Source: Flavobacterium sp. (GTDB lineage Bacteria; Bacteroidota; Bacteroidia; Flavobacteriales; Flavobacteriaceae). Taken from it: 64,000 bases of DNA. Location of the stretch: positions 114,439-178,438 of the forward strand of contig DATJBW010000013.1 in the NCBI GenBank assembly GCA_035515135.1. The letters are read 5' to 3'. The stretch's first letter is position 1; every line of letters starts with the position of its first letter. Under the pieces are notes generated by a model. That model was not told the DNA's origin. It did no database searches and worked only from the letters and a program-made list of their open reading frames with translations. Shown here in pieces: positions 55,357-64,000 of this stretch. Both the position numbers and the translations under genes were made by a program.

Positions 55357-55773
55357 ATGAAAAAAACACTTGCCTTTTTGCTGCTTATATTTTTCTTTCT
55401 TAGCTGTGCTAAAGAGAAAATACAAAAACCCGCCAACCTTATCCCCGAAGAGAAGATGGTAGAAATTCTCTATGACATCAATTTGCTGCAAGCGCTGAGA
55501 AATACGAATTATACTGTATTTACTCAGAAAAACATCAATCCAGAAGAATATATTTATAAGAAATACAGCATTGACAGCCTGCAATTTGCAGAGAGCAACC
55601 AGTATTATATCACTGATATTGACAACTACGAGAAACTGTTAGACAAGGTTATTGCAAAGATAAACGACGCTAAAACAAAATACAACTCAGATAGTCTGCA
55701 GGTCAAAGGCTCAAAACCTACGATTATGGTTGATTCATTGGCAAAAAAGTCTTTGCTCAAATCTCGTAAATAA
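55357..55773 (+). CDS. DUF4296-like lipoprotein
   Basis: Lipoprotein signal MKKTLAFLLLIFFFLSCAKE. It starts immediately after the pyrC stop, the arrangement I recall for DUF4296 genes in flavobacteria. Confidence 0.55.
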   Translation: MKKTLAFLLLIFFFLSCAKEKIQKPANLIPEEKMVEILYDINLLQALRNTNYTVFTQKNINPEEYIYKKYSIDSLQFAESNQYYITDIDNYEKLLDKVIAKINDAKTKYNSDSLQVKGSKPTIMVDSLAKKSLLKSRK

Positions 55774-55862
55774 TTTCTCGCTCTTTCAATCGAGAAAGCA
55801 CTACTACTTTTTGGCAATACTATTCATAATCAGTACTTTTACTACTTATTATCCGACGAATT

Positions 55863-56315
55863 ATGTTCCGAAAATCACTTTTTACGGCTGTTGTAGTACT
55901 CCTACTGACTTCGTGCATCAGTACTAAACTCAGCATCAAAAATATCGACGACAGCGCCACTCGACCAGAAATGCTCGACAGCACTACCTATAAACTCACC
56001 AAATACGCAAAAGACAAAAACTACGGCTTTGATCAGGATTATCCTGTCAACCTTGGTTTTGGGTTATTGCACTTACGCGAAGCCAATATAGAGAAATACC
56101 TCAACGCACTTCAAGGACCTGAAGGACAGAAAATAACTTATACCCCGCAAGGCAATTGTTGCCCTTTCCCGACAGACAAAAGTCAGCTCGGCAGTGGGAT
56201 GTTAGAGGTATATCAGATTACATGGGAGGGAAATTCAAAACCCAAGGAGCTTTACTTGAACACTTACGAAAAAGGAGAAGTACTTATCCCAATTGGGCTG
56301 ACGGCAAAAAAATAA
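55863..56315 (+). CDS. hypothetical lipoprotein
   Basis: Lipoprotein signal MFRKSLFTAVVVLLLTSCIS; 150 aa; no assignable domain. Confidence 0.55.
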   Translation: MFRKSLFTAVVVLLLTSCISTKLSIKNIDDSATRPEMLDSTTYKLTKYAKDKNYGFDQDYPVNLGFGLLHLREANIEKYLNALQGPEGQKITYTPQGNCCPFPTDKSQLGSGMLEVYQITWEGNSKPKELYLNTYEKGEVLIPIGLTAKK

Positions 56316-56391
56316 TTACACAAAAGCAATTGTCAGAAAGTAGGTGATTTGATTATAATCCGTATTTTTACATTTATTTCAAACACAGACC

Positions 56392-56577
56392 ATGTTTTCG
56401 ACCAATCAGATCACTTTCGGATTAATATTCCTAGTTGTTTTTATAGGCATAATGATTTACTCCTACATCAAAGACAGGAAAATGCACGACCAACTCTATA
56501 AAGGTAGAATATGGGTCTTAGTAGCTTTTTTAGGTTTTATAGCACTGCTATTCGCAATCAAGAAATTTTTATTATAA
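56392..56577 (+). CDS. small hypothetical membrane protein
   Basis: 61 aa with two hydrophobic helices (ITFGLIFLVVFIGIMIY; VLVAFLGFIALLFAI). Confidence 0.4.
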   Translation: MFSTNQITFGLIFLVVFIGIMIYSYIKDRKMHDQLYKGRIWVLVAFLGFIALLFAIKKFLL

Positions 56578-56578
56578 G

Positions 56579-56812
56579 ATGAACAACAAGAAGGCAATAC
56601 GTTTTATCGTTGGTTTTTTAGTCTATTCAATGCTGTATTTCGCAGTCAGCTATTTGTTTAAAATCTCTAGTATGTGCTTCGAAAACCTCAAAGACTGGGA
56701 TTGTCTAAAAGTAACCTTAGCTCAAACAGCATTCTTTGGTTTTTTTATGATGGTATTTGACTATTTTGTTCTGAAGAAGTTTGTAGGCAAAAAAAACGCT
56801 GACAAACAATAA
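56579..56812 (+). CDS. small hypothetical membrane protein
   Basis: 77 aa with two hydrophobic helices. It starts 1 nt after the previous stop. Confidence 0.4.
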   Translation: MNNKKAIRFIVGFLVYSMLYFAVSYLFKISSMCFENLKDWDCLKVTLAQTAFFGFFMMVFDYFVLKKFVGKKNADKQ

Positions 56813-56837
56813 GTATCACGATAATACATACAACACA

Positions 56838-57698
56838 ATGAAACTATATTCGATAGAGAGCGGGAATTTCAAATTAGACGGCGGCGCTATGTTTGGCGTT
56901 GTACCCAAAACGATTTGGAGCAGAACCAATCCTGCTGACCACAACAACTTAATTGACTTGGCTACGCGTTGCTTGCTAATCGAAGACGGCAACAGACTCA
57001 TACTCATTGATACCGGTATGGGCGACAAGCAGTCAGACAAGTTCTTTGGCTATTATTCTCTTTTTGGAGATTATTCACTAGAGAGCTCGCTCAAGAAGCA
57101 CGGCTTTTCTAAAGATGATATTACCGATGTCTTTATGACGCACCTGCACTTTGACCATTGCGGCGGAAGTGTAGATTGGAACAAAGACAAAACAGGTTAT
57201 GTGCCCGCTTTCAAAAACGCTAAATACTGGACCAACCAAGAGCATTGGCAATGGGCAACCCTACCCAATGCCAGAGAAAAAGCCTCTTTCTTGTCAGAAA
57301 ATATTTTGCCTATCCAAGAAGCAGGACAGCTGCACTTTATCCAAAAGACAAATTCGACCAACACACAAGCTGACTCAGAGTTGGGCTTTGGTCTTTTTTA
57401 TGCGGACGGGCATACTGAAAAACAAATGATTCCGCTGGTCAAATACCAAGACAAAACCATCGCTTTTATGGCTGATTTATTGCCCACCGTTGGTCATTTG
57501 CCTTTGCCTTATGTAATGGGTTATGACACTAGGCCGTTATTGACATTGGCAGAAAAAGAGAACTTCTTGAACAAAGCAGCTGATGAGCACCTCTATTTAT
57601 TCTTAGAGCACGATGCACACAACCAAATCATCACTGTGCAGCACACTGATAAAGGCGTGCGACTCAAAGACAACTTCAGGTGTGAAGATTTGTTTTAA
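56838..57698 (+). CDS. MBL-fold metallo-hydrolase
   Basis: 286 aa with the HxHxDH motif (THLHFDHCGG) and LILIDTG. Confidence 0.8.
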   Translation: MKLYSIESGNFKLDGGAMFGVVPKTIWSRTNPADHNNLIDLATRCLLIEDGNRLILIDTGMGDKQSDKFFGYYSLFGDYSLESSLKKHGFSKDDITDVFMTHLHFDHCGGSVDWNKDKTGYVPAFKNAKYWTNQEHWQWATLPNAREKASFLSENILPIQEAGQLHFIQKTNSTNTQADSELGFGLFYADGHTEKQMIPLVKYQDKTIAFMADLLPTVGHLPLPYVMGYDTRPLLTLAEKENFLNKAADEHLYLFLEHDAHNQIITVQHTDKGVRLKDNFRCEDLF

Positions 57699-57781
57699 AG
57701 TTTTCTAAAAATGCTTGATATTGCCTTTATTCTGAAAAATTATACACATATTTGTACCAACTTATTCTAAAAACAAACAAC

Positions 57782-59410
57782 ATGAAATTTACAAAACCTG
57801 TTTTTATATCCGCTTTATTGGCATTGGCCCTTGCTGGATGTAGTACAACAAAAGACAAAGTAGCTTTCTTAGACCTTACGCATCACCAACCTATCACTGT
57901 TCAAGGTGCTGTTAAGAAAAGTGCTAAAATAGAAGAAACTGATCTACAGCGCTGGAGTCATCTAGATATCGTTAGAGACAGTATTCCTGGAATGAGTGTG
58001 GACAGAGCCTATACAGAGCTAATCAAAGATCATAAAGGAACAAAAGTTATTGTCGGAATTGTTGATTCAGGAGTGGACATCAATCATCCAGACCTTAAGC
58101 CAGTAGTGTGGACAAACCCTAAAGAAATTGCTAACAACGGCAAAGACGATGACAAAAACGGATTTATAGATGACGTTCACGGATGGAACTTTTTAGGAGA
58201 TGCCGTTCACGACAACTATGAGTTTATTCGTTTGCTAAAAAAACCAAACGACGGCTCTGCTGACTACAAAAGAGCAGAAAAAGAGTTTGAAGCAAAAATG
58301 ATGGAGGCCAATGCTGGCAAACAACAGCTCGACTTCTTTATGAGCTTAGAGCCTACTATCCAAGCACACCTTAAGAAAGACAGCTTCACACTTGAAGACG
58401 TAAAAGCCATCGACTCAAAAGACGAAAAAGTTATAGAGGCCAAAGAAACTCTTGAGCGAATTTTAGCGATGAGCAGCCTTGAGGACTTTAAAAAGAGATT
58501 AGAGCCATTCAAGAATCAGGTTGATTCTCAGATGAACTACCACTTCAACAAAAACTTCAACGGAAGAAAAATCATCGGTGACAATGCAGATGACATTACA
58601 GATACTAACTACGGAAACAACAATGTAACTGGACCTGTATTAGACGAGGCGCTTCACGGAACGCACGTAGCGGGTATTGTAGCTCAGGTGCGTCACAATG
58701 GCATTGGTGGAGACGGAGTTGCCAACAACGCCCTAATTATGACTTTACGCGCTGTTCCTGACGGAGATGAGTATGACAAAGACATCGCACTATCAATCAG
58801 ATATGCGGTAGACAACGGAGCCAAAGTAATCAACGGAAGTTTTGGTAAATACTATTCTCCACACAGAGAGTGGGTCATCGATGCTATGAAATATGCCGCT
58901 GAAAAAGACGTATTGGTGGTAATCGCCGCCGGAAACGACGCTAAGAATCTAGACGAAATCAATAAATTTCCTAACGATTCATATGATGGTGATGCTGAGT
59001 ATTCTGACAACGTAGTGATTGTAGGCGCTTTGAACTACAGCTATGACAACAAAATGCTAGCTACTTTTACTAACTACGGAAAAAGAAATGTAGATGTATT
59101 TGCTCCTGGAGTAAAAATCTATGCAACTACGCCTGACAATTCATACAGATACCTACAAGGCACGTCAATGGCTTCGCCAAACGTAGCTGGTGTTGCAGCT
59201 CTAATTCGCTCATACTACCCGAGTCTTTCGGCAGCGCAAGTAAAACAAATACTTATTGATTCATCAATCAAACCTACACACGAAGTAATGCTAACCGATG
59301 GTGTTTCTGGAGCAAAATTAAACAAATCATTCTCAGAGTTCTCTGTTTCTGGTGGAGTAGTAAACGCCTACAACGCGCTTATTATGGCATCAAAAATGGT
59401 TAAGAAATAA
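57782..59410 (+). CDS. S8 family (subtilisin-like) serine peptidase lipoprotein
   Basis: Lipoprotein signal MKFTKPVFISALLALALAGCS; catalytic triad contexts VGIVDSGVD, HGTHVAG and GTSMASPNVAG. Start trimmed from the TTG at 57752. Confidence 0.9.
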   Translation: MKFTKPVFISALLALALAGCSTTKDKVAFLDLTHHQPITVQGAVKKSAKIEETDLQRWSHLDIVRDSIPGMSVDRAYTELIKDHKGTKVIVGIVDSGVDINHPDLKPVVWTNPKEIANNGKDDDKNGFIDDVHGWNFLGDAVHDNYEFIRLLKKPNDGSADYKRAEKEFEAKMMEANAGKQQLDFFMSLEPTIQAHLKKDSFTLEDVKAIDSKDEKVIEAKETLERILAMSSLEDFKKRLEPFKNQVDSQMNYHFNKNFNGRKIIGDNADDITDTNYGNNNVTGPVLDEALHGTHVAGIVAQVRHNGIGGDGVANNALIMTLRAVPDGDEYDKDIALSIRYAVDNGAKVINGSFGKYYSPHREWVIDAMKYAAEKDVLVVIAAGNDAKNLDEINKFPNDSYDGDAEYSDNVVIVGALNYSYDNKMLATFTNYGKRNVDVFAPGVKIYATTPDNSYRYLQGTSMASPNVAGVAALIRSYYPSLSAAQVKQILIDSSIKPTHEVMLTDGVSGAKLNKSFSEFSVSGGVVNAYNALIMASKMVKK

Positions 59411-59436
59411 CATCTATTTTTAATGGTATAGAAAAA

Positions 59437-59466
59437 GGCTGCTTGATTTCTCAAGCAGCCTTTTTT
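59437..59466. terminator. bidirectional intrinsic terminator between the convergent S8 peptidase and MFS genes
   Basis: AAAAA-GGCTGCTTGA-tttc-TCAAGCAGCC-TTTTTT. Confidence 0.9.
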
Positions 59467-59490
59467 GTTAGATAGAATCACTGATACTTG

Positions 59491-60675
59491 TTATTTACTC
59501 TTCTTGTATAGATTGGGCAAAAAATAAGCGATCAGTCCGATAAGAGGCAAGAACGAGCAGACTTTATAGACGTATTCAATACTGGTAAGGTCTGCGACAT
59601 AACCCAATACAGCCGAACCTAGCCCTCCCATCCCAAAGGCAAAACCGTAGAAAAGCCCTGATACCATCCCGATCTTTTTTGGCAACAACTCTTGTGCATA
59701 GACCAATATAGCTGGAAAAGCAGACGAGATGACGAGCCCAATCACAACGATAAAAAGAGCGGTGAGCTCTAAACCAACATAGGGCAACGCCAACGTAAAG
59801 GGAGCCACGCCTATAATCGAAAACCAAATCACATACTTGCGCCCAAACTTATCACCAAAATAACCTCCGAGCAAAGTACCCACAGCAGCGGCACCCAAGA
59901 AATAGAACAGGTATATCTGTGCTTGGACTTCGGTCAAACTGAATTTATCAATGGTATAAAACTGAAAATAACTAGTAATCCCCGATACATAAAAATACTT
60001 TGAGAAGATAAGTACTAACAAAATAACAACCGAATTCTTAATCTGGCGTTTAGACAAATCAGGCAATACAATTGGCTTTTTCTCCGCATTCAAAGAGCGT
60101 TTTAATTCGTTATTCCTCCACTTCCCTACACCAAAAAGTATAATTTTAGCCGCAATGGCGAATACCAAAAACCATAGCATATGTCTCTGTCCGTTTGGGA
60201 TAACAATCCAGGCCACGAGTAAAGGTGCTAGTGCAGTTCCGGTGTTACCGCCCAACTGAAAGATAGATTGTGCAATGCTGCGCTTGCCTCCTGAAGCCAA
60301 AAAGGCAACTCTGGAAGACTCGGGGTGGAAAATAGACGAGCCTATCCCAACTAGGGTTACGGCAACTAATACCCAATGATAACTAGGCGCATAAGCCAAT
60401 ACCACTATCCCGATAGAAGTAAACAGCATACCGAAAACCTGAGAATAGGGCTTTGGATATTTATCGGTATAATTACCCACTAAGGGTTGGAATATCGATG
60501 AAGACAACTGAAAACAAAGTGTGATGATTCCGATTTGTGCCATCGAAAGATCAAATTCTCGTTCTAGACGAGGATAGATTGACGGAATTACAGCCTGCAG
60601 TAAGTCGTTGAATAAATGCGCTATAGCAATAGCAAACAGTATAGAATAACTGGTTTTGGATTTATTTTGTTGCAA
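59491..60675 (-). CDS. MFS transporter (Fsr / fosmidomycin-resistance-like)
   Basis: 394 aa with about 12 TM helices. The N-terminal AIAHLFNDLLQAVIP resembles the Fsr subfamily. The only in-frame start near the N-terminus is TTG (caa at 60673-60675). Confidence 0.75.
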   Translation of the reverse strand: MQQNKSKTSYSILFAIAIAHLFNDLLQAVIPSIYPRLEREFDLSMAQIGIITLCFQLSSSIFQPLVGNYTDKYPKPYSQVFGMLFTSIGIVVLAYAPSYHWVLVAVTLVGIGSSIFHPESSRVAFLASGGKRSIAQSIFQLGGNTGTALAPLLVAWIVIPNGQRHMLWFLVFAIAAKIILFGVGKWRNNELKRSLNAEKKPIVLPDLSKRQIKNSVVILLVLIFSKYFYVSGITSYFQFYTIDKFSLTEVQAQIYLFYFLGAAAVGTLLGGYFGDKFGRKYVIWFSIIGVAPFTLALPYVGLELTALFIVVIGLVISSAFPAILVYAQELLPKKIGMVSGLFYGFAFGMGGLGSAVLGYVADLTSIEYVYKVCSFLPLIGLIAYFLPNLYKKSK

Positions 60676-60724
60676 AGTGAGCGGCGTTTTTAGTTTCTGA
60701 AATCAGTAAGAGGTAGGGCTATAC

Positions 60725-61174
60725 TTAGTAAAGTAGGGCTACTTGAGCACAAACCCACTCTAAGAAACGCTCGTCTTTTGAGGTAAACGGATCTAAGGTT
60801 TCTGAGTCGATATCAATTTGACCAATATTTTCTGCGTTGACAAATATCGGTACTACAATTTCAGATTTCACCGTCAGACTGCAAGCGATATAATTGTCTT
60901 GCGCTTTGACATCAGGAACGACAAAGTTTTGGTTTGAGAGTGCCACCTGCCCACAAATCCCCTTGCCGAAAGGGATAATAGTGTGATCAGTAGGTGTTCC
61001 TGCGTATTGAGCCAGCTCTAAAACTTGTGCGTCTTTTTTGTGAAAATAAAATCCAACCCAGTCATAATGCGCTACTTCTTGGCGAAGTAAATTACAGAGT
61101 TCTTGCAGTTTATTTTCTATTGAAAGTTTTGGGTTTGAGAATATATCCGTTACTTTTGGTTTTAAATTTTCCAT
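60725..61174 (-). CDS. GAF domain protein, free methionine-(R)-sulfoxide reductase-like
   Basis: 149 aa with WVGFYF, GKGICGQVA and YIACS...SEIVVPI, matching the YebR/fRMsr pattern including two conserved Cys. Confidence 0.65.
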   Translation of the reverse strand: MENLKPKVTDIFSNPKLSIENKLQELCNLLRQEVAHYDWVGFYFHKKDAQVLELAQYAGTPTDHTIIPFGKGICGQVALSNQNFVVPDVKAQDNYIACSLTVKSEIVVPIFVNAENIGQIDIDSETLDPFTSKDERFLEWVCAQVALLY

Positions 61175-61222
61175 GATGGCATTTATTTATTTTGGTGCAA
61201 AGTTATCTCAAAAATCAATCCG

Positions 61223-62002
61223 ATGCTAAAAAGACTAACTATAAGCCTCTTGTTTTTTTGTGGTTTTTGGGCGCTGGCTCAAAACAATCCAGTTTTATTG
61301 GATTCAAAGCCCATAGAGGCTGATGTATATTTTGGCACTGATGTTTTGGGCTTTGATTATTTTGCTAAAAACAATGTGCTTTATAAACAAAAAGAGACTA
61401 CAAAATGGGAATATAAAAACCTTAGTTTAGGACAAATTCACACAGTTGATTTTATAAATCCGTTAAAGGTATTGGTCTTCTATAAAGATTTTAACACCGC
61501 TGTTCTGCTGGATAATAAACTATCAGAGATTTCTAAGATTGCACTTAATGATTTTGGCATTATTGCCCAAAGCTGTAGCATGGCTGCACAAAATCAATTT
61601 TGGATTTATGACAGTTTAACCAGCAAATTATTGCTCCTTAATTATGTCAACAGAAAAACGCATACGATCAACCAATCTTTTGCTGGAGATTTTATGTATG
61701 TACTATCTAACTACAATTATTGGTATCGCATTACTTCAAAAAACGAGATCTATGCCTATGACACCTATGGCAAAGTTTTGCTAAAGGGTATTTTGCCTGA
61801 ATTTGACAAAATAATAATGACTGATTCAGGGCAAATTATTTTTAGCTTAGGTGATAATTTATATCTTTACAAAAACAACCTTACTGAACCTTTGCTGCTT
61901 TTTTCGCATACACAGAAAATCAAAAGCTTTGATTTCAAGAATGGTGTTTTAAGCCTGAGTACACAAAACAATATAGAGAACTACAACCTAAAATTACCAT
62001 AA
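61223..62002 (+). CDS. secreted hypothetical protein
   Basis: Signal peptide MLKRLTISLLFFCGFWALAQ; 259 aa, beta-rich. Its stop overlaps the deoxynucleoside kinase start (TAATG). Confidence 0.55.
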   Translation: MLKRLTISLLFFCGFWALAQNNPVLLDSKPIEADVYFGTDVLGFDYFAKNNVLYKQKETTKWEYKNLSLGQIHTVDFINPLKVLVFYKDFNTAVLLDNKLSEISKIALNDFGIIAQSCSMAAQNQFWIYDSLTSKLLLLNYVNRKTHTINQSFAGDFMYVLSNYNYWYRITSKNEIYAYDTYGKVLLKGILPEFDKIIMTDSGQIIFSLGDNLYLYKNNLTEPLLLFSHTQKIKSFDFKNGVLSLSTQNNIENYNLKLP

Positions 62003-62616
62003 TGCACATAGCTGTTGCCGGAAACATAGGAGCTGGAAAAACTACCCTTACGCGTCTTTTAGCCAAACATTTTAAATGGGAACCCCACTATGAAGATGTG
62101 GTTGACAATCCGTATTTAGACGATTTTTATCACCAAATGGACCGATGGAGCTTTAACCTTCAAATCTATTTCTTAAACAGTAGATTTAGACAAGTACTTC
62201 AGATTAGAGAAAGCGGCAAGAAAATCATTCAAGACAGGACCATCTATGAAGACGCACATATCTTTGCACCGAACTTACACGATATGGGATTGATGAGCAA
62301 ACGTGATTTTGATAATTATGCCTCTCTTTTTGAACTGATGGAAAACACAGTTCAAGCGCCTGACTTGCTGATTTACCTCAGAAGCTCTATCCCTAATCTG
62401 GTGGGACAAATCCATAAAAGAGGTAGAGAGTATGAAAATTCTATCTCTATTGACTATTTATCGCGACTCAACGATAGGTATGAGAATTGGATAAAGGGGT
62501 ATGACAAGGGCAAACTGCTTATTATAGATGTTGACAACATCAACTTTGTAGACAACCAAGAGGATTTAGGAAATATCATCAATAAAATAGACGCTGAAAT
62601 CAACGGTCTTTTTTAG
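62002..62616 (+). CDS. deoxynucleoside kinase
   Basis: 204 aa with P-loop GNIGAGKTT, a DRTIYED motif and an Arg-rich lid (IHKRGREYE). Confidence 0.85.
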   Translation: MHIAVAGNIGAGKTTLTRLLAKHFKWEPHYEDVVDNPYLDDFYHQMDRWSFNLQIYFLNSRFRQVLQIRESGKKIIQDRTIYEDAHIFAPNLHDMGLMSKRDFDNYASLFELMENTVQAPDLLIYLRSSIPNLVGQIHKRGREYENSISIDYLSRLNDRYENWIKGYDKGKLLIIDVDNINFVDNQEDLGNIINKIDAEINGLF

Positions 62617-62731
62617 CAGTAAAGAAAATAGCAGCCCTTTTGTTGCTATTTTTTTGATTTAAAAGCAGCTTGAATCTTTGCTTTTTTTATGTTAGCAAAA
62701 CGTTAAATATACAAATTGGCCAAAAATAATG

Positions 62732-62739
62732 TATTTTTG
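62732..62739 (+). promoter_or_regulatory. -7 promoter box (TATTTTTG) upstream of the M16 peptidase gene
   Basis: TAnnTTTG match 64 nt upstream of the ATG at 62804. Confidence 0.35.
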
Positions 62740-62803
62740 CTGTAACAAATTTGAATTTCATTACACTTATTTATAGAAACCAAATTCAATTAACCCACTC
62801 ATT

Positions 62804-64000
62804 ATGAAAAAAACAATAATGGCTTTAAGTGCATTTGCGCTTATCGGAAGTGTTTCTGCTCAGAATGTTAAGTTTGAGGAGTACACTTTAGACAACGGTC
62901 TGCATGTTATTCTACACCAGGATAAATCTGCTCCGGTGGTTATTACTTCGGTAATGTATCACGTAGGAGCTAAAGACGAAAATCCTGAAAGAACAGGATT
63001 CGCCCACTTTTTTGAGCACCTTTTGTTTGAAGGAACAAAAAACATCGAAAGAGGAGAATGGTTCAAGATAGTTACTGCAAACGGAGGAACTAACAACGCC
63101 AACACCACAGATGACAGAACCTATTACTACGAAGTCTTCCCTTCAAACAACCTACAACTAGGTCTTTGGATGGAAGCAGAGCGTTTATTGCACCCTGTGA
63201 TCAACCAAGTTGGGGTAAATACTCAAAACGAAGTTGTTAAAGAAGAAAAACGTCTTCGTATTGACAACCAACCTTATGGGAATCTTATCAAAGCAATCAA
63301 AGAGAAATTATTTATAAAACACCCATACCGCTGGACTACCATCGGAGAGATGGAGCACCTTGATGCTGCTACACTTGATGAGTTTTTAGATTTCAACAAG
63401 AGATTCTACTCGCCTAACAACGCTGTTTTAGTTGTAGCTGGAGATTTTGAATTTACTGATGCTAACAAATGGATCAAAGATTATTTCGGAACTATCCCTA
63501 GAGGACCTGAGGTAAAGCGTCAAGTATTTGTTGAAGACCCTATTACGGAGCAAATCAACTCAACTTGGGAAGACCCTAACGTAACGCTTCCGATGATGGT
63601 TACTGCTTACAGAACACCATCTATGAAAACACGTGAAGCTAGAGTATTGGATATGATTTCTACGTATTTGACTGGAGGAAAAACTTCTGTATTATACAAA
63701 AAACTAGTTGACCAACAGAAGAAAGCAATGCAAATCGGAGCTTTTGCGTACAGCCAAGAAGACTACGGATCGTATATCGTATATGGAATTCCGATGGCAG
63801 GTACTACACTAAAAAACCTACTTGATGAAGTGGATGTAGAAATTGCTAAAGTTCAGAAAGACCTTATTTCAGAAAGAGATTTCCAGAAGCTTAAAAACAT
63901 CTATGAAAACCAATACGTAAGTTCGAACTCAAGCATCGAAGGAATTGCAGATAGTTTGGCTGAATATTACCTTCTTTATGGAGACGTGAACCTTATCAAT
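62804..64000 (+). CDS. M16 family (pitrilysin/insulinase-like) zinc peptidase, 3' end beyond the window
   Basis: Hand translation from 62804 gives MKKTIMALSAFALIGSVSAQNVKFEEYTLDNGLHVIL...GFAHFFEHLLFEGT, i.e. a signal peptide and the inverted HxxEH zinc motif. The frame stays open to the window end. Absent from the ORF track because no stop codon lies in the window. Confidence 0.85.
   Translation, partial: MKKTIMALSAFALIGSVSAQNVKFEEYTLDNGLHVILHQDKSAPVVITSVMYHVGAKDENPERTGFAHFFEHLLFEGTKNIERGEWFKIVTANGGTNNANTTDDRTYYYEVFPSNNLQLGLWMEAERLLHPVINQVGVNTQNEVVKEEKRLRIDNQPYGNLIKAIKEKLFIKHPYRWTTIGEMEHLDAATLDEFLDFNKRFYSPNNAVLVVAGDFEFTDANKWIKDYFGTIPRGPEVKRQVFVEDPITEQINSTWEDPNVTLPMMVTAYRTPSMKTREARVLDMISTYLTGGKTSVLYKKLVDQQKKAMQIGAFAYSQEDYGSYIVYGIPMAGTTLKNLLDEVDVEIAKVQKDLISERDFQKLKNIYENQYVSSNSSIEGIADSLAEYYLLYGDVNLIN

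Overview
This looks like a chromosomal segment from a Bacteroidota bacterium, almost certainly class Flavobacteriia. Supporting signs are gldH, a PorT-like outer-membrane protein, two secreted proteins with type IX secretion (T9SS) C-terminal sorting domains, AQ-type signal peptides, AT-rich DNA, and many TAnnTTTG -7 promoter boxes 20-45 nt upstream of start codons. I count about 62 protein-coding genes, 2 tRNAs (Gly-GCC, Leu-TAA) and several clear hairpin terminators. Most of the window is core housekeeping. It includes the rplM-rpsI / rpsB-tsf ribosomal genes, ffh, folD, trxA, serS, kup, pruA, ubiE, rlmN, coaD, ddl and ribB. It also includes an LptF/G-LolA-FtsK block, dgkA, tpx, lgt, PBP1A-gldH-PSP1, nadK, an ABC-F ATPase, fabG, mtaB, pyrC and a deoxynucleoside kinase. 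I see no CRISPR array, transposase, integrase, prophage, biosynthetic cluster or recognisable defence island, so I cannot claim a novel multi-gene system. The leads worth a second look are: (1) a compact OsmC / rhodanese / SAM-methyltransferase / DUF2892 / DsrE cassette (15.3-17.3 kb) that looks like a sulfur or selenium handling operon with no described pathway. (2) A catalytically intact peptide deformylase paralogue whose upstream in-frame sequence encodes a good signal peptide. (3) An exactly 22-bp-phased CGTGAAGT repeat array immediately after an HU-like gene. (4) A duplicated 40-bp palindromic element. (5) An orphan sigma-54 activator with no DNA-binding domain. (6) A RibB fused to a GTP-cyclohydrolase-II-like domain that has lost its zinc ligands. 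(7) Convergent lgt/sugE genes whose stop codons overlap inside a palindrome. The ORF track treats TTG/GTG as start codons, so several ORFs are over-extended at the 5' end. I trimmed those to internal ATGs where signal peptides or family N-termini supported it.
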